Assembly: GCA_048128005.1 (NCBI GenBank)
Contig: JBEUKZ010000069.1
Coordinates: 372,001-436,000, forward strand
Reading direction: 5' to 3'
DNA: 64,000 nucleotides
Source of the DNA: Veleropilina oligotropha
Lineage: Eukaryota
Position 1 is the stretch's first letter. The number at the start of each line of letters is the position of its first letter. A model generated the notes under the pieces. That model made no database searches. It was not told the DNA's origin and was given only the letters and a program-made list of their open reading frames with translations. A program made the translations under genes and the position numbers. Positions 36,037 through 50,737 of the stretch are shown here, in pieces.

Positions 36037-37256
36037 CCATCCAGGTTGAGCGTGGGGTGGACTACCCCCCTCCCCCGTATTAAAGCTTGAACTGGACAGT
36101 GATATCTGGACAACCATGAACTCCATGCTACTTCTGTGCATTGCCGCGGTGTGCTGGCTAGGGGGTGTCTCCACCCAGACGTCGACACACAACACTGCAT
36201 TAATTCTCGAACACACGTGGGCTAGGTACCGAAATCACCCCATGTACAACATATGACTCGACCCCTTGCGAAGAAACCTTCTACGAAACCCCCCTGATGT
36301 ATCCCCACCATCGTGTCACTACTTTATTATCGGAGAGAATGAGTGTGGGGTGGGGGCTCCTCCTGACCCAAATACTGTGGTTTGCATCGAATGCGCCGAG
36401 CCGTCCTTATGCCGAGGTAAACATGGACATTACTTATCAATGCTATCTACTGGCTGCAGGGGTGCGTGGAGTCAGATAGGGCAACACTCGCCATGCAATT
36501 GCACTTTAGCTACTGGTAACTACATATTTATATAACAGCTGCAATCTCGGGGATTCCCTTGCATTAAAATATATTTTTCCGGCTTTCCCAATGTTATATT
36601 AATAGCCCATTAGGCCGTCTACTGTCGTTTCTCCTAGTCGCCTATTCATAGCCCGTTGTTATTAACACTGCTCGGGGATTCCCTGCCTGCACTTGAAACA
36701 GTGAAACAATAGACTTCCATAGCCTAATGAGTTTCTCAGCGGGTATGAATAGATACGCTTCTCTTATTAAGACATGCCATAGCCGGATCTTTACAAATAC
36801 CTCGTGCGTCTATTCATTGTATTTGTACCATAACATCCTGGTAGCGTATCTGTCTGGCTGACCCAGTTAAAAAAAGATTTAGTCGAACGCATTTCTGGTG
36901 GCACAGAAATTGCAAGCTGCCGATGCGTATTTAGCTTTTGGTGACCCAGTACAAAAATATTTTGGCACAGTTAAAAAATTTTGGTCACCAAACCTCCGAT
37001 TAGCACAGACAAAAAGTTTCGGTCCCCACGTAAACAAGGGGACCTTTTTTCAGCTGATCTGACACTTTTTGAGCTAACTCATCCCCATGAGTCGACAGTT
37101 ATTCCGTTGATCTAGCAATAACGCTTCTCGAGAACGGGAACACTAGGTCAGCCTGAGCTATGAATAGTCGACCTTCAAGAAAAGACAGCAGGCAGTAACA
37201 AAGGAGTTATCGACACGGATACAAACATACGCCTGCCCGGCTAGGGTAGTGGGCCA

Positions 37257-37440
37257 CTGAACACACGGTGACTTTTGTAATACAAGCCCTACCCTGGGTT
37301 CTGAAATAGGGCTGGGAGCCTTCCCGGCCGCCCCGGGCCCCTAGTCTAAACTCCCCTAGGGGCTCTTACTACACCCCCTCAGTTTTGAACAGGCGCTGGG
37401 AGCTTTATTTTTCCATTTTCCCCCCCCCCACCCTGCTGCT
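37257..37440 (-). repeat. Right TIR of the Polinton-like element
   Basis: Inverted match to 22185-22375; ends CCCTGCTGCT. Confidence 0.92.
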
Positions 37441-39779
37441 ACACGTAAACATAGCTTAGGCCCCCCGACTAAACTTCCACATTCGCGCAGGGAGTCACGG
37501 AGCTCGCAGCGATGTTAGTAATAAATATTTTTTTGAATCTGGAGTAATAATATTTTTGTTATTTCTACTAACCCAGATCTCTAAAGGTTATATTATTGGA
37601 TTCATATTATTAATGCAATCTCTCTCTCTCTCTGTATCCCGAATAGGGAGACAACTCTAGTGACTTGCGTTTGTGTATGTTTCCTCAAAATATTTTATCA
37701 TTTGATCAGAATATTTATGTTCAAGGTAAGGTCAATGTGATTTTCTGTTTCCATAATTATATAGCAAATCTGTAACCTGTTGAAAACAAAATGTGACAAG
37801 ATGCATTTCACTGTATGAAATGCCGGTAGGAACGCGATATATTAGGTCAATATTTGATTTTCAAGGATTGACATTTAAAATGTTAACTAATAACATCACT
37901 AATATTTGTTACGTAATTTTCTCAACTTAAGTTTTATGCAACTGCGTGCTACTATTGTTTTATTATATTTGACAGTAATTAAGTATATTGTGTAAGGTAC
38001 GGTATCCCGTGACATGGTTCAATCTACTTACCTGATTGTGCAGATTTGTCGGTGTGGGTACCCTTCACGGTCAAGGACAAACAATTCAGAGTTACATGTA
38101 TATGTACTTATAATACCGGCATTCCCAATTGGCAATATGACAATAGATTATAAATCAAATCTCATGCTTTCAACGATTCATGTTGTTTTGTAATCTAGTT
38201 TACTGTATGCAACCTTATGGCATTCTTGTCACTTTTTTCTGAATATTTTGGTTAGAAATGATTATATGCAATATAACAATGTCTTAGCTTTGTGAGTATT
38301 ACAGTTACGCTCATATTACGATATAGTACTGTATTGATTGCTCTGGCTCGGAAATTGAATGTTCAAAACCGGTCGATAACATTTTGGAACTATCAGTAAC
38401 AGTGCTGACATGGGAGTTTTTACAGGCCATTACTGGACATATCCAGATGACATTACATTGTGCTAAATGAGTTCAAGTTAAGAATCATAGTAGTCCGTAA
38501 CTGGTCGGAGAAGGCGGGTTTCCCCGGGCGACCAGGCTTTATTTCCGCGATAATACGGACATGTCCTGCTTTGAACCAAATGATGGTTGGAAATATACAG
38601 CCAGGACATTAGGCATCGATCCTTTCCTTTTTTGTGCTAAATGAGACATTATAAAGCAAACCATACGAAATCGTATGATAATGTAAATGAAGTAAGCTGT
38701 TAATTTCCAGAGCAGGATATTTGGACTCTGCTGATCGATTATAGTATTATATGCTGTTGTATCATCCCGATTACAATGTGTGTACCCAAGATGTTTATCA
38801 GGCTTGTACAAATCGGATTAATCCACATTTAGCAAATTGGGAAAAACTCAATCACAGAGAATCCATTGATTCCATGAAGAAGATAATTATAATTTACACA
38901 TATTTATTTCCTTGAATATTTTTTGATGTCGGCTCCACTGAAATCATGCTACTTGCTTTATAACATCGTCTTCGTTACTTCCATGACCTCAGTCATTCAT
39001 TAACAAGATTGGATTTCATGTTTTTGTACAGATAGAAGCAGCACACAGGATATCTGAAATTCGTGCTATGGTGCTACAAATACCTTGGAAGGTGCAACAT
39101 AATTCATGTCTGTCATCATCGTAGTCTATGTAATCACTGTCAAGCAAACCTTTTCCGAAGATAACTATTACCATATTGGATCAATTGATGGTAAGAATGC
39201 TTTGCAGATAAATTGAAGACCATGGCATGCACCAAAAGTGTTAAAATGAACTTGTGCTTAGATATTGCATATAAATATAGATAATCAATTTAAAATTGGT
39301 AATATTCAATTTTTGTTGCGTTAAAATGTATTTTAATGATAATATAATTTGCATTATGTTGTATCAGAAAACAAAAAGCGTTGTTTAAAATATTTATTGT
39401 CCAGGAGTTAACAAAAGTAGCCTCTCCAAAGTGTTTCCTAGGCACACATGATCTGTATATCTACATTGGCACAAGTTACATTGTTTCATTAACACTAGTA
39501 TGCTCTCCAAAGTGTTTTATAGACACACATGATCTCACATAACTAAACATATTATTTATGTACACACAAGCTTAAACATTGAATGCACGATTACATCTTT
39601 GCCCATAATGTTTCACAAAATATGTCCAAGCATAAATTTGGATAATAAATGCTATTAACAGTCCAATCCCTGGAGTTGGCCTATATGGTATGTGGGCACC
39701 TTTCTGAAAATAGAAATTAAAGTAGCATATATATATATATATATATATTATCATTAATATCTTTTCATCGTTGTTCAAC

Positions 39780-39940
39780 GAGGCCACTTCAGTGGTCGTG
39801 TGGTTTTGAATGCCGACTCTGACAGGAGTGGGTTCGAACCTCGGTTGGGGCAATTGCATTCTTCAGTTATCTATTCGCAGTTGTCCATAACTACCTGGAG
39901 AGGGCGAGTTCCAGGCGTTCCACAAATGATAATATGAAAA
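39780..39940 (+). mobile_element. tRNA-derived SINE-like fragment
   Basis: Pol III A-box-like gtggtcgtgtgg and B-box ggttcgaacc, with no full cloverleaf. Confidence 0.45.
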
Positions 39941-42900
39941 TGTCCTGCTATTAACCTGAAGGTTGACAATATATTGTATTACAGGATATTAAGCAACGAT
40001 CCAGTCAAATCATTGTTTAATGGCAAACAAAAAATTTGCTCTTTGTAATTAATTTGTATTTATTTGTTTATTTTCAGACGTGATAATCATGCCAACTCAA
40101 TTTTATATCTGCTGGGTATTATTAATAAATCTACAAAAGTAAACGTTATATAAAATAATTTTAAACAATAAATATTGATATTTATCAATGATGATATATT
40201 TACATAATCAGATTTAGTATACTGTTTCTTGATTGTATTATTCTTGTACCGTAGCTCTTGTCATCAACTTGGTTGTATTTCCATGAGCATTAAAATATAG
40301 TGATGGTTCCTTTTGAAATTGTTTTGTATTTTTAATCTGCATTTCTGATATAATAGTCTTCAAGACCAATGAGTCCATCAATTCCATTATGATAGAGGCA
40401 GCTGTTAGTGTAGACAGTATATATGGCTGCTTGTCTGCTCTGATTAATGGGCGTGGCTTTAAATTCTTGGCTGAGTACTTTGTTCAATTGACAGTCACAG
40501 TTGTCCGTAACTAGCGGTGCGGGCAGGCTTATCTGATTGACTGGCTTTCCTCACGCAAGAGTTAGGAAATGATCCTGAATGGCTGTAAATTGGGATATTA
40601 ATCATCGAGCCAAGCAAATCATTATCATTTATGATACATTTGTTCCGTTACAAACCGTTAACAGACTCAAATCATTAATGCATCTTGTTCCTAGTAAGGA
40701 TATTTGCATTATTTCGGTTGATTATTGAGAGAAAACTGAGTTATCTGTAAATATGAAGCAGGATTGCACATGCTTCATTTTGACTATACAAACAAGTGCA
40801 AATGGACCATATCCCAAAATTCTGACAAATACAAGAATCATAATTTATAGTAACTTCGATCCCTTTATTTGATTGTTATGCTGATACAATATGAGATGTG
40901 TACACTAAGCGCTTCTTACTTCAAATGCAAACTACCCTATGTTGAGCATTAATAACTCTAAATCCACGTCTGAATCTGCTGGTGCACAAGAGCGTAGACT
41001 ATTGGTGATGAATAGATGTCTAGTTACCACGCCAACTGTATTTCACTCATAAATTGGTTTAATCAACTTTGAATGATGAAATGAATTGATGCTGTGTGCA
41101 AAGGAGGCAACGATCATTGGAAAAATATTTGCACTACCGGATATTGAACCCATGCCCTTCTGTTTGTAGACAGCGCCATATCCATTCGGTCATGCTTCTC
41201 TCGTCTATGCTATCAGATTCATACATGATAATATGGGATTCAAATATCACCATATAATTAATAAGTCAAGTGAATCAAATAAAATAATCATGCAATACGG
41301 ACATACATAAATAGTAATGACAATGTTGTCGGGGTGAGATGCAACTCAACACAAAGAAACGATCGGATGATTGTGCTTTAGTTGGCGCTGCGAATTTATC
41401 AAGCTTGAATTACGGCTCAGAAAATGTAGAAATCTATAAATACGTTATAAATAAGTTTATAAGTAAATACATGCAGTATTATCCTAAAGAAGTGTTATCA
41501 AGTGTTACATTGATCATTATAAGTCACTTCGTAATGAAAATAAACAAATTGTCATCGGCTAGATATTCCAGCATATGTTATCAGTGGATCATGCATAACC
41601 AAATATGTTTAGAGCAAATTTGTTTTCGTTATTATAACGCAATTAAACAACAGATGAATATCCTTCTTCATGATATTTTATACACATGTCCATAAAAAGG
41701 CTGATAAAATATTAAATAATGCGTGTATTAAACAACATAATTGGTTCATTCAAGCCATTGAATGTATTTATTTGGTTTTAAATTTAATTAAATTAAAAAC
41801 ACCAAAGTTACTTGGATAAAACTAGGTATGGTTGCGATCGGCCGATACCAACTTGCCGCGAGGGTTCGAGGTCCACCGGCATGTGGCAAAGCTCTATTAT
41901 AATAATACAATATGATGACGTGCATATAATTCTTATAGGCGACAATAAACATTTAATTCGAACAATTTGTCTATATATCATGACAATATGGTTATACAGT
42001 TTAAACACTTACCGATTGTTTATTTTCTTCACGTTGGGGCAAGGTACATCTGGGGTGGTTGAGTGTTTTCATCGTTTATACAATCTGAAATTAAACATAA
42101 TTTTCATATATGCCATGTAATGATGGTGACTCTGAAGTCAGTACACTTGTGTTAAACTTTGTGACGGAGTGTATGCTCAAAAGACAACAATTTATGACCA
42201 CAACCGTATGAACTTTAACTTCATTAATTAAGTCAAGGAAGTTTGTATGTTTACTTATATATATTTTCCCCAGGTGAATTACTCAGTACATGTATTTGTT
42301 TCGTGCTAATATGAAGTACTTTTCGATATATTAGGTTTGTCCCATCACGTACGTGATTATTTGTGCAGTGGGACCTCGTCATCCGCTCTGGTCAGTGGGC
42401 TTCTTCGGGCTGGTGGTTTACGACATGACCATAGGGTGGTGTTCCGCAATACCATCTGGCGGTCATGACGTGACTTTTCGGTCTGGGGAGGGTCCGCTGG
42501 CCGGGGGAGGGTCTTGCTGGGCAGATGTTCGTGATGAGGCAAACCTGATTTATTTATTTATTTAAAAAATCAAACCTATGAATCTCATTACATTTAGTAT
42601 CATTTGATTAACTTAACTATTGTATGTTTGTATGCCTACAATTATTTTCTCACCATGTTATGTTTTATTGTCTTTGTCCAAAGCTATATCTGCTTATATG
42701 TAGATTTTGTGCTTATTAAAATTTATTGATTGATTGATATATATTATTATTATCTCTAAATTAAGAAAGTCGATTTTAAATAAATTATTACTGTGCAGCT
42801 ATTATATAATATTATAAAATATTAGAAGTGTCTGCTAAATTATAAATCGTAAAGGATTCGAAATGAAAATGATTCTATATATTTGGAAAGTTATGGAAAT

Positions 42901-44818
42901 AATCAGTGTTTACAAACAGGCTATAAACCAGTTACTGGCAGTTTATAGAACAGTATAATAATTATAATAAATATGTTACAATGAACCTGAAATCTAGCAA
43001 AATGACCGTACTAAAATTCAATAAGCCTCCTTACCTCAATACCTGAAAATACGGTCGCAGACCGAGAGCAGTTCATCCGTTCTCAATTTTCCATGGATTC
43101 CCTGATGTTTGATAAATCCGCGTTGCCATCTCCCCGTTTGATTTAATAAATGATGCCGACACTTTCGTCAGCGTCAGGAAGTAGATATGTCGCACGCTTG
43201 TGGTAAAAATTCCTCTCATTACAATCCTAGTTTTGAAAATGAAATCTTCGTGGTGATTAATGCCAGGAAGACTACGGTCGGGACGACTATGTGCGATTAC
43301 ACTGTGTTCATCGTTCGCTTCGTCGTACAATACCGTATCCGTGGAAAGTAATAAACATAAAATATATATTATGGGGCGACATTAGATCATATTGTTACAA
43401 CATTTCACGATATTATGTCGTAAATTTATAAAATAATGATGTAATAGCGAATAAAAAGTAGGCTTTCACGATATTTGACATGCGTGTCAACGCTATCTTT
43501 GTAGTGTAAACAACCGCACCCGCGTCATTTCCGGTTGACTCAATGAAAATATGGATTATACGCGGCAGAATGAAAAACGTTAAAATTTACTTTTATTGCA
43601 TTTTCCCCATTTTTTGCATCTAGATGGCGTATATCATTGATAATGAATGCCTTATTGGTGACCGTACAAGTTTCGCGGACTACTGAAACGTGTGACGTTA
43701 GATCGCGTATTCGATCAAGGCAATACTGACGACACGAGATCTCGTATTACGAGATTAGTGAGTTGCGCATAACCGGGAGATGAATAATTCTACTTCCACA
43801 TCATTTCCTCGATTTTTAAGTCATAGTATGCTGTGTCGTCATCTGTCCTTGTATTCGTTTTATTTTATTTCCGTATACGCATTTATGTGAATAGCTCGCA
43901 CTGCGTGCTCGCTGCTAATAATAGTTATAGTTCATATATCGAGACAATGGCAGCATAAAACATCATTAATCAGATTCATTTGTCGCACTAAGAATCATCG
44001 TGCAATCCCAGCAGACACCAGACGTTGGTGCAACGTTGTACCAACGTATGTTGTCTGCTGGGATGGCTGGCGCGCCATATCTCATTCCCACAAAGCAGAC
44101 GACATTACAGTTGTGCGTCCCTGTGTACAAGAAATCACGAGAATAACGGAATAAATCAGGTTATCAATGTTTTATATCATGCACCACGCAACAATCGTAC
44201 GGAATTATCGTATTTTTTTAAAACTTTTGGTTGACATAAATTTGTGAAAGCCCTTTATGGTAATTTATGGTAATGGTAGCGAACCATGCTTAACTACCAC
44301 TGACCCTAATTCCCATGGAATATATACCTAACCCTAAGCTGGATATATTCCATGGGAATTGGGGTCAGTGGTAGTTAAGCAGGGATCGCTACTATGACCA
44401 CACATTTCGTGCAGTCTTACATGAAGGAGTTTCCTTAATTTGTAATGGTTATTTAATGAAATAATTTTTTTTTTACTTTCGTGACATGATTCGATTAAAC
44501 GAAGACACGTGCTGAAGTACTCAATCACTTAGGGTTTGCTTATGTCATCAGTTAATGCATTTGTCAAAATAACCTGAAATATAAATATACCTTCATGTGA
44601 AAATCGAATATCAAATGTTAAAATCAATGACTACCATACAAGTTATAGCTATATAAATATTGTATATAAACATATATTACACCGTCGTATGGTCGTACCT
44701 AAGTACGAACAAAGCCCACGTTTTAAATGTAGGCGTGCATTTACGCCCTTATATATAAGGAATTGGATGTATATACTATTTTTGTGTTTTTTTTATTTAT
44801 CTTAAGCTTAAATATCAC

Positions 44819-45530
44819 ATGAAAACACATGACATCCGATACAACTGCAGCTTGTGCGACAAGTTATTTACCCGTTTGTCTAGTTTGAAAATTCACATAC
44901 GTAATCAGGCAGGAGAAAAACCATACCAATGCCGTTTCTGCAGCCATAATTGTCATCAGAAAAGCAGTCTTACTACGCACATGCGAATTCATACCAGAGA
45001 GAAACCTTATCATTGTGCTTAGTGTAGCATGTCCTTTATCCCCAAGCGAATTATGCTAACCAGCACGTGCGAATCCATAGTGGAGAGAAACCGCACCAGT
45101 TTGTTATCTGTAATCGAGCATTTTCGCGATGATGCAGTCTTAATTAAACAGCACATGTTGAGTCACACTGGAGAGACACCACATCAGTGTGACTTGTGTA
45201 TTCATAAATTATCACTATCATACAGTCTGAGAAGGCACAAGCGCACCCATACAGGAGATAAACGGCATAAATGCACTGTTTGTAACCATATATTCAAACG
45301 AAAAGGTTATCTTAAGACTCACATGCTAACCCACACTTGTGAGAAACCACATCAGTGTGTTTTGTGTATGCAAAAATTATCACAAACATGAAATCTTAGG
45401 ATCCACATGTTAATCCATACTGGAGAAAAACCACACCACTGTGCTGTGTGTAATCAGACATTTTCACAATCACAAAGTCGTAAAAGCCATGTTAATGCAC
45501 ACAAAAGATAAACCATGCCAATGCGTTGTA
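44819..45530 (+). pseudogene. C2H2 zinc-finger array pseudogene
   Basis: About 8 degenerate fingers (GEKPYQC, HTGETPHQC, HTGDKRHKC) broken by stops at 45020 and 45389 and by frameshifts. Confidence 0.85.
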
Positions 45531-45868
45531 TGTCTTGCATGACAGAAAAATAAAACTATGTGCACGCGTACCGATGTGCACGTGTGCGATTGCATGTTTG
45601 CGCGAGAATTATAATACGTGGCTGTAACTGTTATAAGAATTATGTAAGTATATTAACATTTTGTTTTCTATCAGTGTAATTTGTGTACTCGTAAATTCAT
45701 GTTTTATCTGTATTCTCACCTATTAGCTTATTATGTACTCATTACTATTTTGTATAACGATAATATTTTACTGCAATTCAATCGTACATATATACCATAC
45801 GGGGTGGCATTACCTTAAGAGGAACAGTCTTCACTGTGCTTAAATGTCATCCTTTATCTCCATCATTA

Positions 45869-46111
<243 letters not shown>

Positions 46112-48199
46112 AAATTCCACTATGTTGTATCTTATGTTATGTAAAATAAATATATATGTAGATCATTATATGAACTCGTTAAGGAGATACAAATAAATAC
46201 TTACTTACTATGTAATAAGACATTTGCACGTCTTTGACGCCATTTCTTAACCCACACTGGAGAGAAGCCACACCAGTGTTCTGTGTGTGGTCGTGCATTT
46301 TCACACAAACATGTCCTCATAAGGCACATGGTCACTCACAAATGACAAGCTCTGTAGTGTTTATGGTATACGGTTGTAAATCATGCAACCAACATAAGGA
46401 AAGCGTAAAAGATAACAAATCAGATCTGATATTGTTGTCCAAAAGCAACATCAAACATTATTTGTATAGCGTATATATTCACAAAAAATGCTACAATAAA
46501 TGTCTTCCTAGTAATGTGAGGTTAGGTATTTTGTAACTGTATCCTCAATTAATGTGTATGCTGAAACACAATGATTGGACACCAATTGATGAATACGCTA
46601 AATCTTGTCGTACCCTATGAATTATGACAACAGTCTTTAGTATGTGCTGGTCAATTATGCGTGTGGGCATAGTTGATCGATAAGAGATTTAGATCGAAAA
46701 CGGACAGTCAGTGCCACTTTTCGTCGTGTTGCTAATCTAAAAACAATTGGTATGCAATTCAAACAAATATAGTCTAGATTTCATCTTGATACAAAAAACA
46801 AGTATAAAAGCAACCGAAATGGTTGATATATTATGTCATAGGTACAACTAACTAAATGTTATGGCTCGCCCTTAAGTTGCCTTGGCAATAATCAGTGATG
46901 ACTGCTGTGTGTTCATGATATACATAGTACATCATGATACTGCTCTAAGACACTACATATGTATTACTTCATATATCAATATATGGCAGGACCAGGTGGG
47001 TTTAACTGGTTGATTTTGACTCCCATTCCTTCAATATGACATGTATGATCAGTTGGTTGAAATTATATAATAAACGTAAATAGACTGTTTAGGGTTACGT
47101 GAATCACAGCCTGTTAATACAGCACAGCAAAGCAATTTGAAAGTAATACATTAACACACTGACAGTCTGTAGAATCAGTCTTGCGATCATGGCCACTATA
47201 TCACGTGATCATTGACGGCACGTGGCGTGCTGACAGCAACACTGCAAATATTCTGTGAACCAGAGGATGATCATTAATGTCTCGCTCTATGTCGTCAAGT
47301 ATAATCTGAACTGTGAATATTTGTAGCCTTTTCTGCTACAATCTTGGCTGTTTATTGTGGTGGAATCGAAGCAATTGTCCTCTAAATCATATTGGGCCAG
47401 TTTCCATATTATTATTAAAGCACGTCGCATCTTCTCATGGCTCATGTATCCACACGTCGTCTCTTAACGATTTCTTCTCCCCTTTATATGTACATCCACC
47501 TTCCACTGCTTTTGTTTAACTTCTATGCCAACCGTAAATAAGGATAGAGTAGTGGAAATAATATTATACTTTGAAGTCAATACATCGTATTTTAAACAGC
47601 ATGCACAAAGTATAAATAGTAGACTCTCTCATGTGATCAAAATTAATATATACAGGATCACAACAATCATTAATGAAAACTGTATAAGATAACTTTTAAT
47701 TGTTTAAACTAAAGGTTATCTTGAAGTGCATTCCCTCAACAATATACCACGAGATTTCAAACAAATTGACCCCCCTCCCCCCCCCCCACAATCACACATA
47801 CTCATGCACAGCTCAATATAACCTATATATAAAATAGTTATGCAAAGTGCCATTTTCTGCCTTACCCCCAAAACCAATTTGCTTCCCGCTACGCTGTCAT
47901 CAAAACGTTGCATATATTATTTACTAGATTATAACTTGAACATATTGATAATGCTGTCGTAAGGTAGTTATATAATATTTGTATACAGTATATTGTATAT
48001 GTGCGCATAAGGAAACGAATTCATGTGCAATTATTCGGGGGCTTGCAGCTTAAGGGTCCCCCAGTTATTGCGTTAGCTAACTCTGCGTACTAATACACTG
48101 ACCCTAATGCTATTGGTCATGACTTTACACACGATTAATAACCCGGGACCCTGAAATTACAAACTACCCTCAGTCAGGGCATGGCAGACCAATTTCCGC

Positions 48200-49230
48200 A
48201 CACGCGCAGGCATCGCCACTGCCCACAGGGGGCAGGATCGCTGTTGATCGTTCGTCTGTTTACGTTTGACGATTAGTGCAGTGCACAGTGAGTTGCTATA
48301 TTATATAATCACACTCCCTGCACGAAACGTCACAAAATAAAAGGAGCGAAATCGCCATGCAAAAGCCCCACCCACAGATTGCTTATTGTTATATAGAGCA
48401 ATCAGTGGGTGGGGCTCTTTGCCTGGCGAGTTCCGATCATTTCGGTACTTGTATTTTGTAACGTATCGTCCATGTACTTACTCCTATAACGTATGAGTGC
48501 GGGTTGATCGACCTACGTGTGGCGTAGGAAGTATATAGCAGCCCCTAACGTTGTTTGAGTACCAGCCTGGCAGGCACTGTCATATATAGTCAATCATAAT
48601 TTCCGACTTCTGCGCCCATTCGAGTTCACTGAATTGTTATATGGCACCAGTCCACAGTTATCTATTCTGAAGCTTCCCTATATCCGGATGTGACGAAATA
48701 AAAAAATAGTGCCCTGTGGAATGGTGTTACTCCATATATTCCTGTACATTTGCTGGTGAGATTTTTCACTGGATCTCATTGACAATATGTTAAAGTTGCA
48801 TCAGGTATGCAATTAATCAATATCTGAGTCCTACTTTTTAAACAAGCTTATCATGACTTTTCCCCTATCCCTCCGCTGCGAGTGTGTGATATGCCCATGC
48901 CTGCTAGAGGGTAAACATAAATGGAAGTAGCGAAAAATGTAGCCGGTCATGACATAGCGAATTTCGCCCCCTATCCGTCCCACAGTCCCAAGACTCCGTC
49001 AATCAGGTCACGCAATGTCGCTCTCTATATACGAAAGCTACTGAAACTGGATTTGATTGAGGGAGTCTTGGGACTGTGGGACGGAAAGATGGCGAAGTCA
49101 CCCGTTTGTAAACGGGTGTGCCCGCTAGTAATTGTTATAGCAACAATTAACTGCCCTAATCGTTAAACGTAAACAGACGAACGATAAGCAGCGATCCAGG
49201 CCAGTGTGCGCCTGCCGCTGTGGTCACCGA
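48200..49230. mobile_element. MITE with inverted ends and two internal hairpins
   Basis: gatcgctgttgatcgttcgtctgtttacgtttgacgattag (~48236) pairs in inverted orientation with ctaatcgttaaacgtaaacagacgaacgataagcagcgatc (~49156). Internal stems at ~48361-48420 and ~48975-49084. Confidence 0.6.
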
Positions 49231-50737
49231 CAATCCGAACGTAGGCCATACTTGTCAATCACAACAACAGCTATTGTCTTGTCCTAGTCCAATATATTCC
49301 AAAGTGCCGACTATTTATCAATACATGTATCTGCATTACTAAATTCATGTTCTACCCATCGTATATCAGCGCAACATTATTGTAATCTTCCCCTTGGCAG
49401 TGACAAACAACTCACGTTGTCGTCCGCCATTATTTTATGAAAGTGTGAGTAGGTTATTCCCCTAAAAGGGCATCATTAAAACATAAACTGCAACGTCAAA
49501 AATCGAAGCGAACGCTACCAGCTAGGGGAGGCATGTTCCTGGTGTCTTTTCTTATATTTTGGTGTGACCAATAAATGTAAAATGTTCAGTATATATTCAG
49601 GAGACATTTTTCCACCAGAAAATTATCATACTATGAAAACATGTTTGTAAAAACAATTAAAATCGTATCAAAAGTCAGGGTGCCCCTTTAACGCTATGCT
49701 GCAGCAAGCACGTCGTGTCATAAAGCATCACATAGACGAGGCTTATGCTGATATATTGCAACTCAATATATAGGTCAACATGTTATGTAGGGAGTAGTTT
49801 ATGTGAAACATTTCATTTTGACGCTCGACCATAAAACGAGATGGTGAATGACTGTATTTTAAAACTCTACTTGCACATACATTATGCAAAACAACAAAGG
49901 GGAAGATGGAAAGTGTTGCTGTCACTATTCATAGTGCGTCCTACTCTATATGTATAGTAAAAGTATGCCATGCTATGATGTATATATCACGCCACTTCGT
50001 TGTTCAAATACAATAACGAATACATAATAACAAAAGCTCATATTTGTGTGACATGATACTTTTGTATTGATCAAATGCCACTCCATTATACATTGCATGC
50101 GGCGGATTGTCCATATTCAAATTATCATAATATATCTGAAGTAAACCCAGTCACCGATATATCAATATTGATAATTCTTTTTTCAATATTGGAAATTCAT
50201 TTTTAAATATTAAAAATTCACTTACTAATATTGAAAAACTGTGCGTACATGTTTTTCAATATTAATTATTTATTTCTCAATATTGCTATTCATTTATCAA
50301 TTTTGTAAATTTTCATTTCTTAATAATGGAAATTCATTTTTCAATGTTGATTCACTGATCAATATTCAAAAATCTTCATTAAAAAGAAGATTGGCGTTCC
50401 ATATCTATGCGCCGTTTAACGGTTAGTGTGAATTTATGAACATTGACTTGGTCTAGGTTAATACATTCATGTTAACAGGCAAATGGACCATATTCCCCTC
50501 CGGCAAATTGCTATTTGCGTGATATTTGTATGTTGTATATGCAGAGGCTATACTATTATTTTGTCAGATTTGGGAAAAATGAATAAAGACGCGAATGAAA
50601 GACAGGCAAATATCATTGGTATTTTCATAGGATTTCCTTAGCAATATGACGGAATGCTTGATGTGTTTGAAACCTGGTTGAGTGTGAATCTCTCTTGGCA
50701 AATCATTATCATATATTATAGGCGTAATATATTTATA

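Larger units (their letters stand above)
22185..37440. mobile_element. Integrated Polinton/Maverick-like endogenous dsDNA virus (~15.3 kb)
   Basis: Termini AGCAGCAGGG...CCCTGCTGCT, flanked on both sides by ACACG (22180-22184, 37441-37445). Long TIRs; integrase, packaging ATPase, capsid-like and polymerase-helicase genes; gene-dense, apparently intronless and visibly GC-richer than the flanks. Confidence 0.93.

Noticed and set aside
36037..37256. Small ORFs between the last viral gene and the right TIR
   Set aside because: Short, with no recognisable motifs or tight coupling; I cannot distinguish them from chance ORFs.
22185..37440. Bacterial or phage contamination suggested by GC-rich, operon-like packing
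   Set aside because: The element has clean junctions with a TSD in host DNA and an rve integrase/A32 module of eukaryotic Polinton type.
38340..39030. Possible decayed LINE endonuclease on the minus strand
   Set aside because: Motif traces are too weak to support by eye.
39780..39850. tRNA gene
   Set aside because: A and B boxes are present but I see no acceptor stem or cloverleaf; treated as a SINE head.
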